Shown: in pieces, positions 1 to 7,132 of the stretch
Position numbering within the stretch: the first letter of the stretch is position 1
Layout of the letters: each line of letters begins with the position of its first letter
Assembly (NCBI GenBank): GCA_041288045.1
Contig: JBGGMM010000060.1
Coordinates: 1 to 21,689, forward strand
DNA: 21,689 bases
Direction of reading: 5' to 3'
Source: Pseudobdellovibrionaceae bacterium
Lineage (GTDB): Bacteria; Bdellovibrionota; Bdellovibrionia; Bdellovibrionales; Bdellovibrionaceae
Program-made: the position numbers and the translations under genes
Notes under the pieces: model-generated
The model's database searches: none
What the model saw: only the letters and a program-made list of their open reading frames with translations
What the model was told of the DNA's origin: nothing

Positions 1-1304
1 GCCGAAGAAGGGGATACCCAAGAAAGAACGCCGCTGCCATTGGTTTTGAGGATTTCGCCAGCGTTTCCGTCATTGTCAGGCAAAGTGAAGAGCACATTTC
101 CAGACAAAGAAGGCGCTAAGAATTGGACGTAATTGGAACCATTATAGATTCGTAGCTGGGTCGCTTGCACTGTTTGACCTGAAACAGTGCCGCTGCTGAC
201 GAGATTGCCAGTGGTATTGATCGACGTGTCCCCAGAAATCGTGCCAGTGATAATGGCCGTTCCCGAAACTTTACCGGCTGTTGTGAGTGTGGGGATGTCG
301 GAGTTATCAAGTGATGCGCCGGCTGTGACTCGGCCTTTGATATTCACTGTGACTTTTTGGTAAGTCCCAGCGCTCACTCCTGTATTAGAAAGATCAATGG
401 TGCCTGAGCTTGTCAAAGAACCACCGACTGTGCCGTCGGCGCTGAGTGAAGAGCCGACGGTGAGACTCGAAATTCCGCTTCCGCCAGTGCCAATGGTTTG
501 CACTGCGGTTCCGTTATAATATTTAATTGTGTTTCCCACAGAGTCATACCAGATATCTCCGGCGGCCGGGCTGGTCGGGTTAGAAGAAAAGCTGGGAAGA
601 CTTGCGCCGGTTGAATCCGAGCGCAGAAAATTGCCGGCGAGAATGCTTTGCAAATTGGAGTAGGCCGGAGTGGTGAAAAGCGCTTCAAGATGGGCTTGCG
701 TGAGATCGGTGCTGCCAGCGGTGTTGACCTGAAGGATTTGAGATTTTTCTAAACCTTGCAAATTTTGAGCGACGATGGCTTGAGGAACTGAATTCAAGAC
801 CATATCCGGTGCCAGCACGTCTTCTAGATTTGTCGACGAGGGTGTGACTGAGATTCGAAAATATCTGACATCTCCAGCTGATGGAGTGTAGGAGTTGCCG
901 CCGCAAGCTTGAGAAGGAGCAGACATGCCTGAGATCGGTGTGATGTTCTGAAAGATCTGAGTCATCGTCGAACCAGGATCATCAGAGGTCCGCTTTGAAC
1001 TGCCAGTCGAAGAACCCACCTGAATGTTAAAATAACCAGCAGTCAAAAGAGTGCTGACTGTTTGCTGCTCTTCATAGAGGATGCAGGTTTTCGCCGAATT
1101 GAGAATTTGAATTTTTAATTTAACTGAAGATTCAACCAGTGGATTGAGAGTGCCAGTTTTATAAAGGCGTCCATCCAGAGTGAATGTCTGGGGAGAATCA
1201 TTTGCAGCATCCGCTTGCTGAACTTGGAGTATCAGTGCCACTCCAAAAATAACCAACAGCTGTGCCCAACTACGACAACTAAACGTCCCGCTTCTGCGTT
1301 TCAT
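1..1304 (-). CDS. Secreted phage-tail-fibre-like adhesin (Bdellovibrio MAT-type trimeric fibre); 5' part only, runs off the left edge
   Basis: Translated by hand; absent from the ORF track, presumably because there is no stop in the window. From ATG 1304 the frame is open to base 1 (~434 codons): MKRRSGTFSCRSWAQLLVIFGVALILQVQQADA|ANDSPQTFTLDGRLYK...KIQILNSAKTCILYEEQQ...GYFNIQVG...YTPSAGDVRYFRISV...LNSVPQAIVAQNLQG, then S/T/G-rich fibre motifs AGDIWYDS, AGTYQKVTVNIKGRVTAG, FTLPDNDGNAGEILKTNGSGVLSW. The signal peptide and N-terminal domain resemble Bdellovibrio fibre proteins. Confidence 0.85.
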   Translation of the reverse strand, partial: MKRRSGTFSCRSWAQLLVIFGVALILQVQQADAANDSPQTFTLDGRLYKTGTLNPLVESSVKLKIQILNSAKTCILYEEQQTVSTLLTAGYFNIQVGSSTGSSKRTSDDPGSTMTQIFQNITPISGMSAPSQACGGNSYTPSAGDVRYFRISVTPSSTNLEDVLAPDMVLNSVPQAIVAQNLQGLEKSQILQVNTAGSTDLTQAHLEALFTTPAYSNLQSILAGNFLRSDSTGASLPSFSSNPTSPAAGDIWYDSVGNTIKYYNGTAVQTIGTGGSGISSLTVGSSLSADGTVGGSLTSSGTIDLSNTGVSAGTYQKVTVNIKGRVTAGASLDNSDIPTLTTAGKVSGTAIITGTISGDTSINTTGNLVSSGTVSGQTVQATQLRIYNGSNYVQFLAPSLSGNVLFTLPDNDGNAGEILKTNGSGVLSWVSPSS

Positions 1305-1315
1305 GGCTATGTGAC

Positions 1316-1343
1316 TTATCGGAGCCCAACGTCTAGGAGTTGA
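1316..1343 (-). promoter_or_regulatory. Putative sigma28 (FliA) promoter for the fibre gene
   Basis: Minus strand TCAA-N16-TCCGATAA versus consensus TAAA-N15-GCCGATAA; ends 11 nt before the ATG at 1304. Confidence 0.5.
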
Positions 1344-1433
1344 TAGATTTTCTTCATATTCTCAAACTGAGACAGTCATTTTTCGATCTTTTCAATTGTA
1401 TGTGGAATGGCATAAAAAGAAGGGGATTGTGTC

Positions 1434-2729
1434 TCACCCAGCTTTTTTAATTTGAAATTTCGATGCGAGAATCCAGACGTAAATTTTTTGATCTTTGATG
1501 TCGGGAGTTTGCGCGGATCGCAAATCAAAGTGACCTTCTCCCCCCAATTGCAAGCGCATCACGTGATCAAATAGTCTTTCTTCCATTACCAGACGAGGAG
1601 ATTCGCCGCCCTCTTGCTTGCGAATCAATTTTGCTTCTTGCTCAAGCCGCTTCGCTCGGCCGGCCACTTGGCCGTTGATGGTTGTTTTCTTCATCTCTCG
1701 TGGGCCCACAAGCCCCAGATAGCCGATACCTGCCGAAAGCCCCACGTCATAATGGATTTCTCCACGAAATTCGCGATCGACCTCGGCATAGATTTCATTG
1801 CACATTTGAAATGCGAATTTCAAACCTTCAGAGATCGCCAAGCGCTCATCGTCATGGTCATTGAAAAAAACCACGAAGAGCTCATCGGCATTCCAATTGA
1901 AGTAATAGTTTTTATCCGGCAGAAGAGATTCTAGATTTCTGAGAATGATGTCGTAGTACTTCTCCAGCATTTCGGTGATTTGCTCAGGGTCTTTGGTGCC
2001 CGAGAGTTTTTGAAAACTCCGCCAATCGGCACAAAGACAAACCGAAAATCGGTTTCTGGGTTGAAAGCGCACATTGTTCCGCAAGCGCTCTCCTCCAGAG
2101 ACGATATATTGAGCGATTTTTTCTGGTACCATGGTCCGCAAAAGATCAAATTGAAAAGTCAGGCTTTTGACAAACTGACGGCGAAAGTACATGGACATAA
2201 AACTCGCACAGAGATGGATGATGACAACAATGTAGAGATTATCAAACTGGTCGCTGCGCAAAAAACCCATCAATCCCAAAGCCAAAAAAGAAATTCCAAA
2301 ATTGTAGATGTATTGCTCTCGTGGAAAGCGATGAAGCATGAAGGTACAGAAAAAGCTGGTGGCTAGAAGCCCTGTGTAATAAACAAAAAACTTTTCGCCT
2401 TCTCCATAAAAACAAAAGATGAAATACGACAGGTTGAAGATAAAAATGGGCCACAGAATCATAAATGAAAATGTGTTTTGTGCCGATTCTGTGTGTTTTT
2501 CGCGGGTGCCCCATTTGTGAATGAAAAACAGATTTGGAATGATGAGCAGGATGTTGACCGCTCGAATGGATGTAAATAATATAGGATTGACCAAAAATAG
2601 ATGATCGAAAAAAATCATGACCACAGAAGCGAAGAGACCCATTCCGTTTGCGAATAATGCATAACCGAGGCGATTTTTCAGTCGCCAATCATGAAAAAGA
2701 TTGGTGTGCGCTGTTATACGCTTTTTCAA
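1434..2729 (-). CDS. Membrane-anchored (about 6 TM) class III adenylate/guanylate cyclase-family protein with a non-canonical active site
   Basis: 431 aa, TTG start with GGAG 7 nt upstream. Six hydrophobic segments, a transducer-like LLRTMVPEKIA, then CADWRSF, NWNADELFVVF, VGLSAG..YLGLVG, TINGQVAGRAKRLE, which align with class III cyclase motifs. Confidence 0.85.
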   Translation of the reverse strand: MKKRITAHTNLFHDWRLKNRLGYALFANGMGLFASVVMIFFDHLFLVNPILFTSIRAVNILLIIPNLFFIHKWGTREKHTESAQNTFSFMILWPIFIFNLSYFIFCFYGEGEKFFVYYTGLLATSFFCTFMLHRFPREQYIYNFGISFLALGLMGFLRSDQFDNLYIVVIIHLCASFMSMYFRRQFVKSLTFQFDLLRTMVPEKIAQYIVSGGERLRNNVRFQPRNRFSVCLCADWRSFQKLSGTKDPEQITEMLEKYYDIILRNLESLLPDKNYYFNWNADELFVVFFNDHDDERLAISEGLKFAFQMCNEIYAEVDREFRGEIHYDVGLSAGIGYLGLVGPREMKKTTINGQVAGRAKRLEQEAKLIRKQEGGESPRLVMEERLFDHVMRLQLGGEGHFDLRSAQTPDIKDQKIYVWILASKFQIKKAG

Positions 2730-2762
2730 GCCTGCACTCCGGTTAGGTTTGGGTTAAAGGAA

Positions 2763-2840
2763 AGATCGGAATTTACTTGGGAATCCTTTAAGGATACTGA
2801 GTATGACTTTTGCTCAAGTGCGAATGGATTGAATCGAAAA
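2763..2840. promoter_or_regulatory. Back-to-back sigma28-like promoters for the cyclase (minus) and transglutaminase (plus)
   Basis: Minus: TAAA(2790-2787)-N16-TCCGATCT(2770-2763). Plus: TCAA(2814-2817)-N15-ATCGAAAA(2833-2840). Both matches are imperfect. Confidence 0.35.
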
Positions 2841-2861
2841 AAGAGTAAAGGATGATTTAAC

Positions 2862-3701
2862 ATGGATACATTCGAGCGCGAGACGCTTGCCCCGGAATCC
2901 CCCTATCTTCAAAGCTCGGCCACCTGCAATTTCACCACTGCCTATTTCAAAGATTTCCTCAATCAAATCGTTTCACACAGAGACACTCAAGCCGAAAAAG
3001 CTGTGAAGATCTTTAGCTGGGTTCGTGACAATATCAGCTATGAACTGGGCCTTCGGCCTGACACAGCCGCCGGGACTTTGGTCCGTCGAGCGGGGTCCTG
3101 CACCAACAAAGCAAATCTCATGGTGGCTTTGGCTCGCGCCGCGCAAATTCCAGCAGCTTTTCATATCATGCGAGTCAAAACAAAAGATTATTTTGGACCG
3201 GTTTGCACTCCTCGATTCTCTGCTTTTATGAGCAATGAGTCTTTGCATATCTACACAGCTTTCAATGTCGAAGGTCGCTGGTTAAAGGCTGACGGCACGG
3301 ACGACAAGACTTTGTGTCTGAGTTCGTCACATCTTTGTCGCCAATCAGAATTGGTTGTGTTCGATGGGCAATCAGATGCGATGATCAATTTAGATCAGAA
3401 TCACATCGTTTTCGACGATCCGATTCGTTATCCCCATATCGACAATATTCTTGGCAAAAAAATGAGACTGCCAAGCTCCATTATCAATGTGATGAATCTC
3501 TATCTCACTTTCATTCGATTGCATGGCAAAGCTTATAACCATGTGACTGATCTTGAAGGGGGCTTTTTTTCTTGGCTCAGTTCGACCTTCCCCGTCGAAA
3601 ATGAGGATTTTAATTTAGCAGAGCAGGAAATTCTGAAGAAAATCAATTTCCGAATGCCTAAGCAGGAGTTGAGATCACAAAATGAAAAAGTGGGAAATTA
3701 A
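2862..3701 (+). CDS. Transglutaminase-like (Cys-His-Asp) domain protein
   Basis: 279 aa; IFSWVRDNISY, GSCTNKANLMVALARAAQIPA (Cys), SLHIY (His), GRWLKADGT (Asp). No signal peptide. Overlaps the next gene by 20 nt. Confidence 0.88.
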   Translation: MDTFERETLAPESPYLQSSATCNFTTAYFKDFLNQIVSHRDTQAEKAVKIFSWVRDNISYELGLRPDTAAGTLVRRAGSCTNKANLMVALARAAQIPAAFHIMRVKTKDYFGPVCTPRFSAFMSNESLHIYTAFNVEGRWLKADGTDDKTLCLSSSHLCRQSELVVFDGQSDAMINLDQNHIVFDDPIRYPHIDNILGKKMRLPSSIINVMNLYLTFIRLHGKAYNHVTDLEGGFFSWLSSTFPVENEDFNLAEQEILKKINFRMPKQELRSQNEKVGN

Positions 3702-4926
3702 ACCTCCAGGGTCCTCAAATTTGTTGGACCACGATGTTTTCATTCGCGGCGAGCAGCTCAGGGGCCGCCGCGTGGCTTTGCTCGTGACCGGCGGAATTGC
3801 CGCCATGAAAGCTCCACTGATCGTGCGAGCTCTGCGAAGGCTTTCTGCTGAGGTCGTGGTTTTCGCAACTGAAGAGGCATTGAAATACACCACTCTTGAT
3901 TCTCTAGAATGGGCGAGCACAAATCCCGTCGTGCACAGACTCTCACCTCAATCTGAGCATCTTTCCAAAGCCAATCCTTTTGATATTTTCGTCATGGCGC
4001 CCGCGACTTACAATTCTATCAACAAAGTTCGCAATGGCTATGCCGACAACGCAGTGACAACGACGCTGGCAACGGCTTTGGGTTCTCTGGAAAAAGGTCA
4101 GGCCAAAATTGTGATTGCACCGGTGATGCATGGTGATTTTCACAATTCAATTTTGCAAGAGAGCCTTGAATTTCTGCAAGCGCGGGGAGTGGATATCTGT
4201 CCTCCACGCGACGAATTTGGAAAACACAATTTGCCAGATCCAGAAAACATCGCCGCTTTTGTCTCGCATGTGGCCAGCAAAAGCTCTCTCAGCGGCAGAA
4301 AAATTCTCGTCACTGCGGGGCCCACTCCGGTGCCAATCGATAATGTCAGACGAATCGTCAATAAATTTAGAGGCCGCCTCGGAATTGAGATCGCTCGGCA
4401 TTTGTATTTGAGCGGCGCCGACGTGAAGCTGCTCCTGGGCGAAGGATCCAACACTCCACCAGCTTATCTGGACACCAAGATTTTTAAAACTTACGACGAC
4501 TACAAAAAATCGACTCTTGAAACTTTGAAGGCGTGGCCTGCCGAAGTCGGCATCTTTTCCGCAGCTGTCGCCGATTACCGACCAGCCCAAGTCCATCCGG
4601 GAAAAATCCCCAGTGGCGGAGTCCTGAAATCACTCGATCTCGTCCCCACAGAAAAAATCATCGACCTGGTTCAACAGCAATTTCCACAAACCAAGATGAT
4701 CTCGTTTAAATACGAAGAAAACATCGAACACGCAGCCCTGGTCAAAAAAGGCCTCGCCCGAGTCGACAAAGGCCATCTCGCCGTCGTCATCAACCGAGGC
4801 GAAGAAGTCGGCCCCAAAGGCGAACAGATCGCCCACCTGCTAACCCGCCAATCGGATCCCGTGAAATGGACCGGCAAAGACAAAATCGCTCAGGGACTCG
4901 GCGAATTTCTCGAAGGTATTCTGTAA
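3682..4926 (+). CDS. coaBC: Bifunctional phosphopantothenoylcysteine decarboxylase/ligase-like protein (CoaBC/Dfp), archaeal-type motifs
   Basis: 414 aa; flavoprotein domain VTGGIAAMK, APATYNSINK..GYADN; CoaB domain ILVTAGPT..PIDNVRRI.N, SAAVADYRP, GKIPSG, FKYE. Confidence 0.85.
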   Translation: MKKWEIKPPGSSNLLDHDVFIRGEQLRGRRVALLVTGGIAAMKAPLIVRALRRLSAEVVVFATEEALKYTTLDSLEWASTNPVVHRLSPQSEHLSKANPFDIFVMAPATYNSINKVRNGYADNAVTTTLATALGSLEKGQAKIVIAPVMHGDFHNSILQESLEFLQARGVDICPPRDEFGKHNLPDPENIAAFVSHVASKSSLSGRKILVTAGPTPVPIDNVRRIVNKFRGRLGIEIARHLYLSGADVKLLLGEGSNTPPAYLDTKIFKTYDDYKKSTLETLKAWPAEVGIFSAAVADYRPAQVHPGKIPSGGVLKSLDLVPTEKIIDLVQQQFPQTKMISFKYEENIEHAALVKKGLARVDKGHLAVVINRGEEVGPKGEQIAHLLTRQSDPVKWTGKDKIAQGLGEFLEGIL

Positions 4927-4932
4927 CCGTTC

Positions 4933-4961
4933 AAAAAATGCCGCAGCGTTTTCTGCTGCGG
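4933..4961 (-). terminator. Intrinsic terminator between the convergent coaBC and hydrolase genes
   Basis: CCGCAGC-N7-GCTGCGG stem (4941-4961), followed on the minus strand by CATTTTTT. Confidence 0.6.
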
Positions 4962-4969
4962 ATGACTCC

Positions 4970-5860
4970 CTATTGAAACTGAGGCCGGCTTTCCGACAGC
5001 ACCTGGGCTTTTTTGAATTCCTTAGGCGCTGGTCCAAGGAAACTCAAAAGCTCTTTGTTGATTTCTTCGGCATGGGTGACCAAGACTCCGTGAGGACCGT
5101 CTTTGATTTCAACATAGCGAGCGTTTTTCAAAAGTTTTGACAGGGGTTCACCAGAGGATTTGATTGGCAGAATTTGATCGGCATCTCCGTGCATGATCAG
5201 GGTTGGAATATCAAATGCTTTCAGATCGGCGCGGAAATCAGTGAGCCAAGAATCCACACATTTCACGGCTGCAAAGTAAGAAGCTTGCACAGCCACGTTC
5301 CAGCTGGCGAGAAGGGCTTCTTCGCTCACTCGTTTTCCTTCCAGCTTTTTGAAATTATAAAAATTGGTCAAAAATTGTTTCATGTAAGCAGGACGATCTT
5401 TCAAAAGATTCTCTTTGATCTCATCGAAAACTTTTTGATCGACTCCTGTGGGATTGTCGGCAGTTTTCAAAAGGTAAGGTGGGATCACACCGATCATGAC
5501 AGCTTTGCTGATTTTTTCTGATCCGTATTTTCCAAGGTAGCGAGTCACTTCGCCGGTGCCCATGGAAAATCCGACCAACACCACATTCTCGAGATCCAAT
5601 TGTTCGATCACCTGGCGAAGATCTGAAGCAAACGTATCGTAATCATAACCGATCACAGGTTTGGCAGAGCGACCGAATCCGCGTCGATCATAAGTGATCA
5701 CTCGGTAACCTTGTTGCAAAAGCGCCATGGTTTGCTTTTCCCAAGATGCCCCATTCAAAGGCCAACCATGAATGAGAAGGACCGGCTGTCCTTCACCATG
5801 GTCTTCAAAGTAAAGCTCAATAGGACCCGAATTCTCCTGGCCGACTGTGATGTATGGCAT
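4970..5860 (-). CDS. Alpha/beta hydrolase, non-heme chloro/bromoperoxidase (perhydrolase) family
   Basis: Likely start is MPYITVGQENS at 5860, with SD AGGAG just upstream (296 aa). LIHGWP, YDRRGFGRS, GFSMG nucleophile elbow, HGDADQ (Asp), GPHG (His). The ORF track extends the frame to 6139. Confidence 0.92.
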   Translation of the reverse strand: MPYITVGQENSGPIELYFEDHGEGQPVLLIHGWPLNGASWEKQTMALLQQGYRVITYDRRGFGRSAKPVIGYDYDTFASDLRQVIEQLDLENVVLVGFSMGTGEVTRYLGKYGSEKISKAVMIGVIPPYLLKTADNPTGVDQKVFDEIKENLLKDRPAYMKQFLTNFYNFKKLEGKRVSEEALLASWNVAVQASYFAAVKCVDSWLTDFRADLKAFDIPTLIMHGDADQILPIKSSGEPLSKLLKNARYVEIKDGPHGVLVTHAEEINKELLSFLGPAPKEFKKAQVLSESRPQFQ

Positions 5861-6144
5861 ATCCACTCCTTTTGTGATGACGAGATCTCGTCGATTTTCA
5901 GGAGTGGACTGCAGAAGTTGTACCGAGGGTAGAAGGAAAAGCCAAATTTGAGAACGTTTCGATTCAATTTTGATAGTAACAGTATCCAAGTTATTGAGGC
6001 TCGAAGCTCGGACACTGATCGATGATAAAGTGGATTTGATCGAAGCCCCAAAAATGCAAATGGCAGGATCTGATCCCGCCATCTGTGACTTTGGAAAGTC
6101 GCCTCCTCTAACCAGGAGGTGTTTATGTCCCAACGACATAGGCC

Positions 6145-6171
6145 TTATCGGAAGATTTTGTGGGTCCTTGA
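6145..6171 (-). promoter_or_regulatory. Putative sigma28 (FliA) promoter
   Basis: Minus strand TCAA(6171-6168)-N15-TCCGATAA(6152-6145); canonical spacing. Confidence 0.55.
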
Positions 6172-6422
6172 GAGGATTTTAAAGCTTGTGCTTTTGATTC
6201 TCCGGATCCTTAAAGAACTGATCTAGAATTTTTGGAAGTCAGGGCTTAATGAGGTTGCAACACCAGGCTTAAAACCTCGGAGGTTTCAACGGATTTGAGA
6301 AGATGGCGGGATCACCATCTGATTTGAAAAAGCGATCTGCGAAGCAGATTGCCACTAACAGAACGTAGCGAAGCACCTGGTGAAATTTCAAAGAAATGAA
6401 CAGGATGGGTCGTTGAGAGAAG

Positions 6423-6437
6423 TGGTGCCCGACGAGG
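6423..6437 (-). repeat. 15-bp direct repeat of the tRNA-Leu 3' end (att-like)
   Basis: TGGTGCCCGACGAGG at 6423-6437 is identical to 6578-6592. Confidence 0.85.
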
Positions 6438-6546
6438 TTGTGCCCGCAGCAAAAAGCTCCTGTGGAGCTTTTTGAGGTGGAGCATGGAGGAAGAGGCTTT
6501 GCGCAGGCAAAGTCTCGCCCGACAGTCCAGAGGAGGCCACCAAATG

Positions 6547-6573
6547 AAAAAACCGACCAGAAGGTCGGTTTTT
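6547..6573 (-). terminator. Intrinsic terminator after tRNA-Leu (potentially bidirectional)
   Basis: AAAAAACCGACC-AGAA-GGTCGGTTTTT hairpin with A/T tracts on both sides. Confidence 0.8.
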
Positions 6574-6577
6574 GATT

Positions 6578-6662
6578 TGGTGCCCGACGAGGGACTTGAA
6601 CCCCCACGCCTTACGGCACCAGATCCTAAGTCTGGCGTGTCTGCCAATTTCACCAGCCGGGC
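6578..6662 (-). tRNA. tRNA-Leu (anticodon TAG)
   Basis: GCCCGGCTGGTGAAATTGGCAGACACGCCAGACTTAGGATCTGGTGCCGTAAGGCGTGGGGGTTCAAGTCCCTCGTCGGGCACCA: acceptor stem, anticodon arm CCAGA-CTTAGGA-TCTGG, long variable arm, TTCAA T-loop, encoded CCA; 85 nt. Confidence 0.97.
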
Positions 6663-6692
6663 ACAGACATATTTAATTTTAAAAGCAGCCGA

Positions 6693-7091
6693 TTACTTGT
6701 TGTTCTCCGCAATCAGCTTTTTGTAGTCCGGAGCTCGCATCAAAGCAGCGAGTTCCTTTTCAGTGTCCATCTCAATTCGGATCAGCCATCCGTTATTGAT
6801 AGGATCGTCATTCAGAACAGAGGGGTCTTCGCCCAAAGACTGATTGATCTCGATCACAGTTCCGCTCACGGGAGCGAAAAGATCGCTGACGGCTTTCACA
6901 CTTTCGATCACGCCGAAGGGTTCGCCTTGAGTGACTTTCTGTCCTTCTTCAGGAAGCTCCACGTACACAATTTCACCCAAAGAATCTTGAGCGAACTCAG
7001 TGATTCCGATGGTGACGATGTTCTCATCGACTTGAGCCCATTCATGATCTTTCGTGTAGTAGTAGTCCTCTGGAACGTGGAAAGTACCCAT
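6693..7091 (-). CDS. gcvH: Glycine cleavage system H protein
   Basis: YTKDHEW, GITEFAQDSLGEIVYVELP, lipoyl motif IESVKAVSD. Confidence 0.97.
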   Translation of the reverse strand: MGTFHVPEDYYYTKDHEWAQVDENIVTIGITEFAQDSLGEIVYVELPEEGQKVTQGEPFGVIESVKAVSDLFAPVSGTVIEINQSLGEDPSVLNDDPINNGWLIRIEMDTEKELAALMRAPDYKKLIAENNK

Positions 7092-7132
7092 TTTGATCTG
7101 CTCCTCGTGATATCAAAATTGAACGGCTCTAT

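Noticed and set aside
1434..3701. Pycsar/CBASS-like antiphage system
   Set aside because: The cyclase is 6TM-anchored and no cNMP-binding TM or TIR effector gene is adjacent.
4620..4926. C/A-rich third codon positions in the 3' end of coaBC as a sign of recombination
   Set aside because: Judged by eye only, with no sharp boundary or flanking repeat; it needs a codon-usage calculation.
5861..6139. 93-aa N-terminal extension of the hydrolase given in the ORF track
   Set aside because: Family similarity starts at MPYITVG, which has a strong SD, and the extension crosses RNA hairpins. Not used as the annotated start; kept only as an open question in the findings.
6377..6387. CTGGTGAAATT matching the tRNA 5' region in inverted orientation
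   Set aside because: Only 11 nt and no surrounding cloverleaf; could be chance.
6269..6726. ORFs of 84-113 aa overlapping tRNA-Leu
   Set aside because: They are translations of the tRNA, terminator and hairpins, with no protein-like features.
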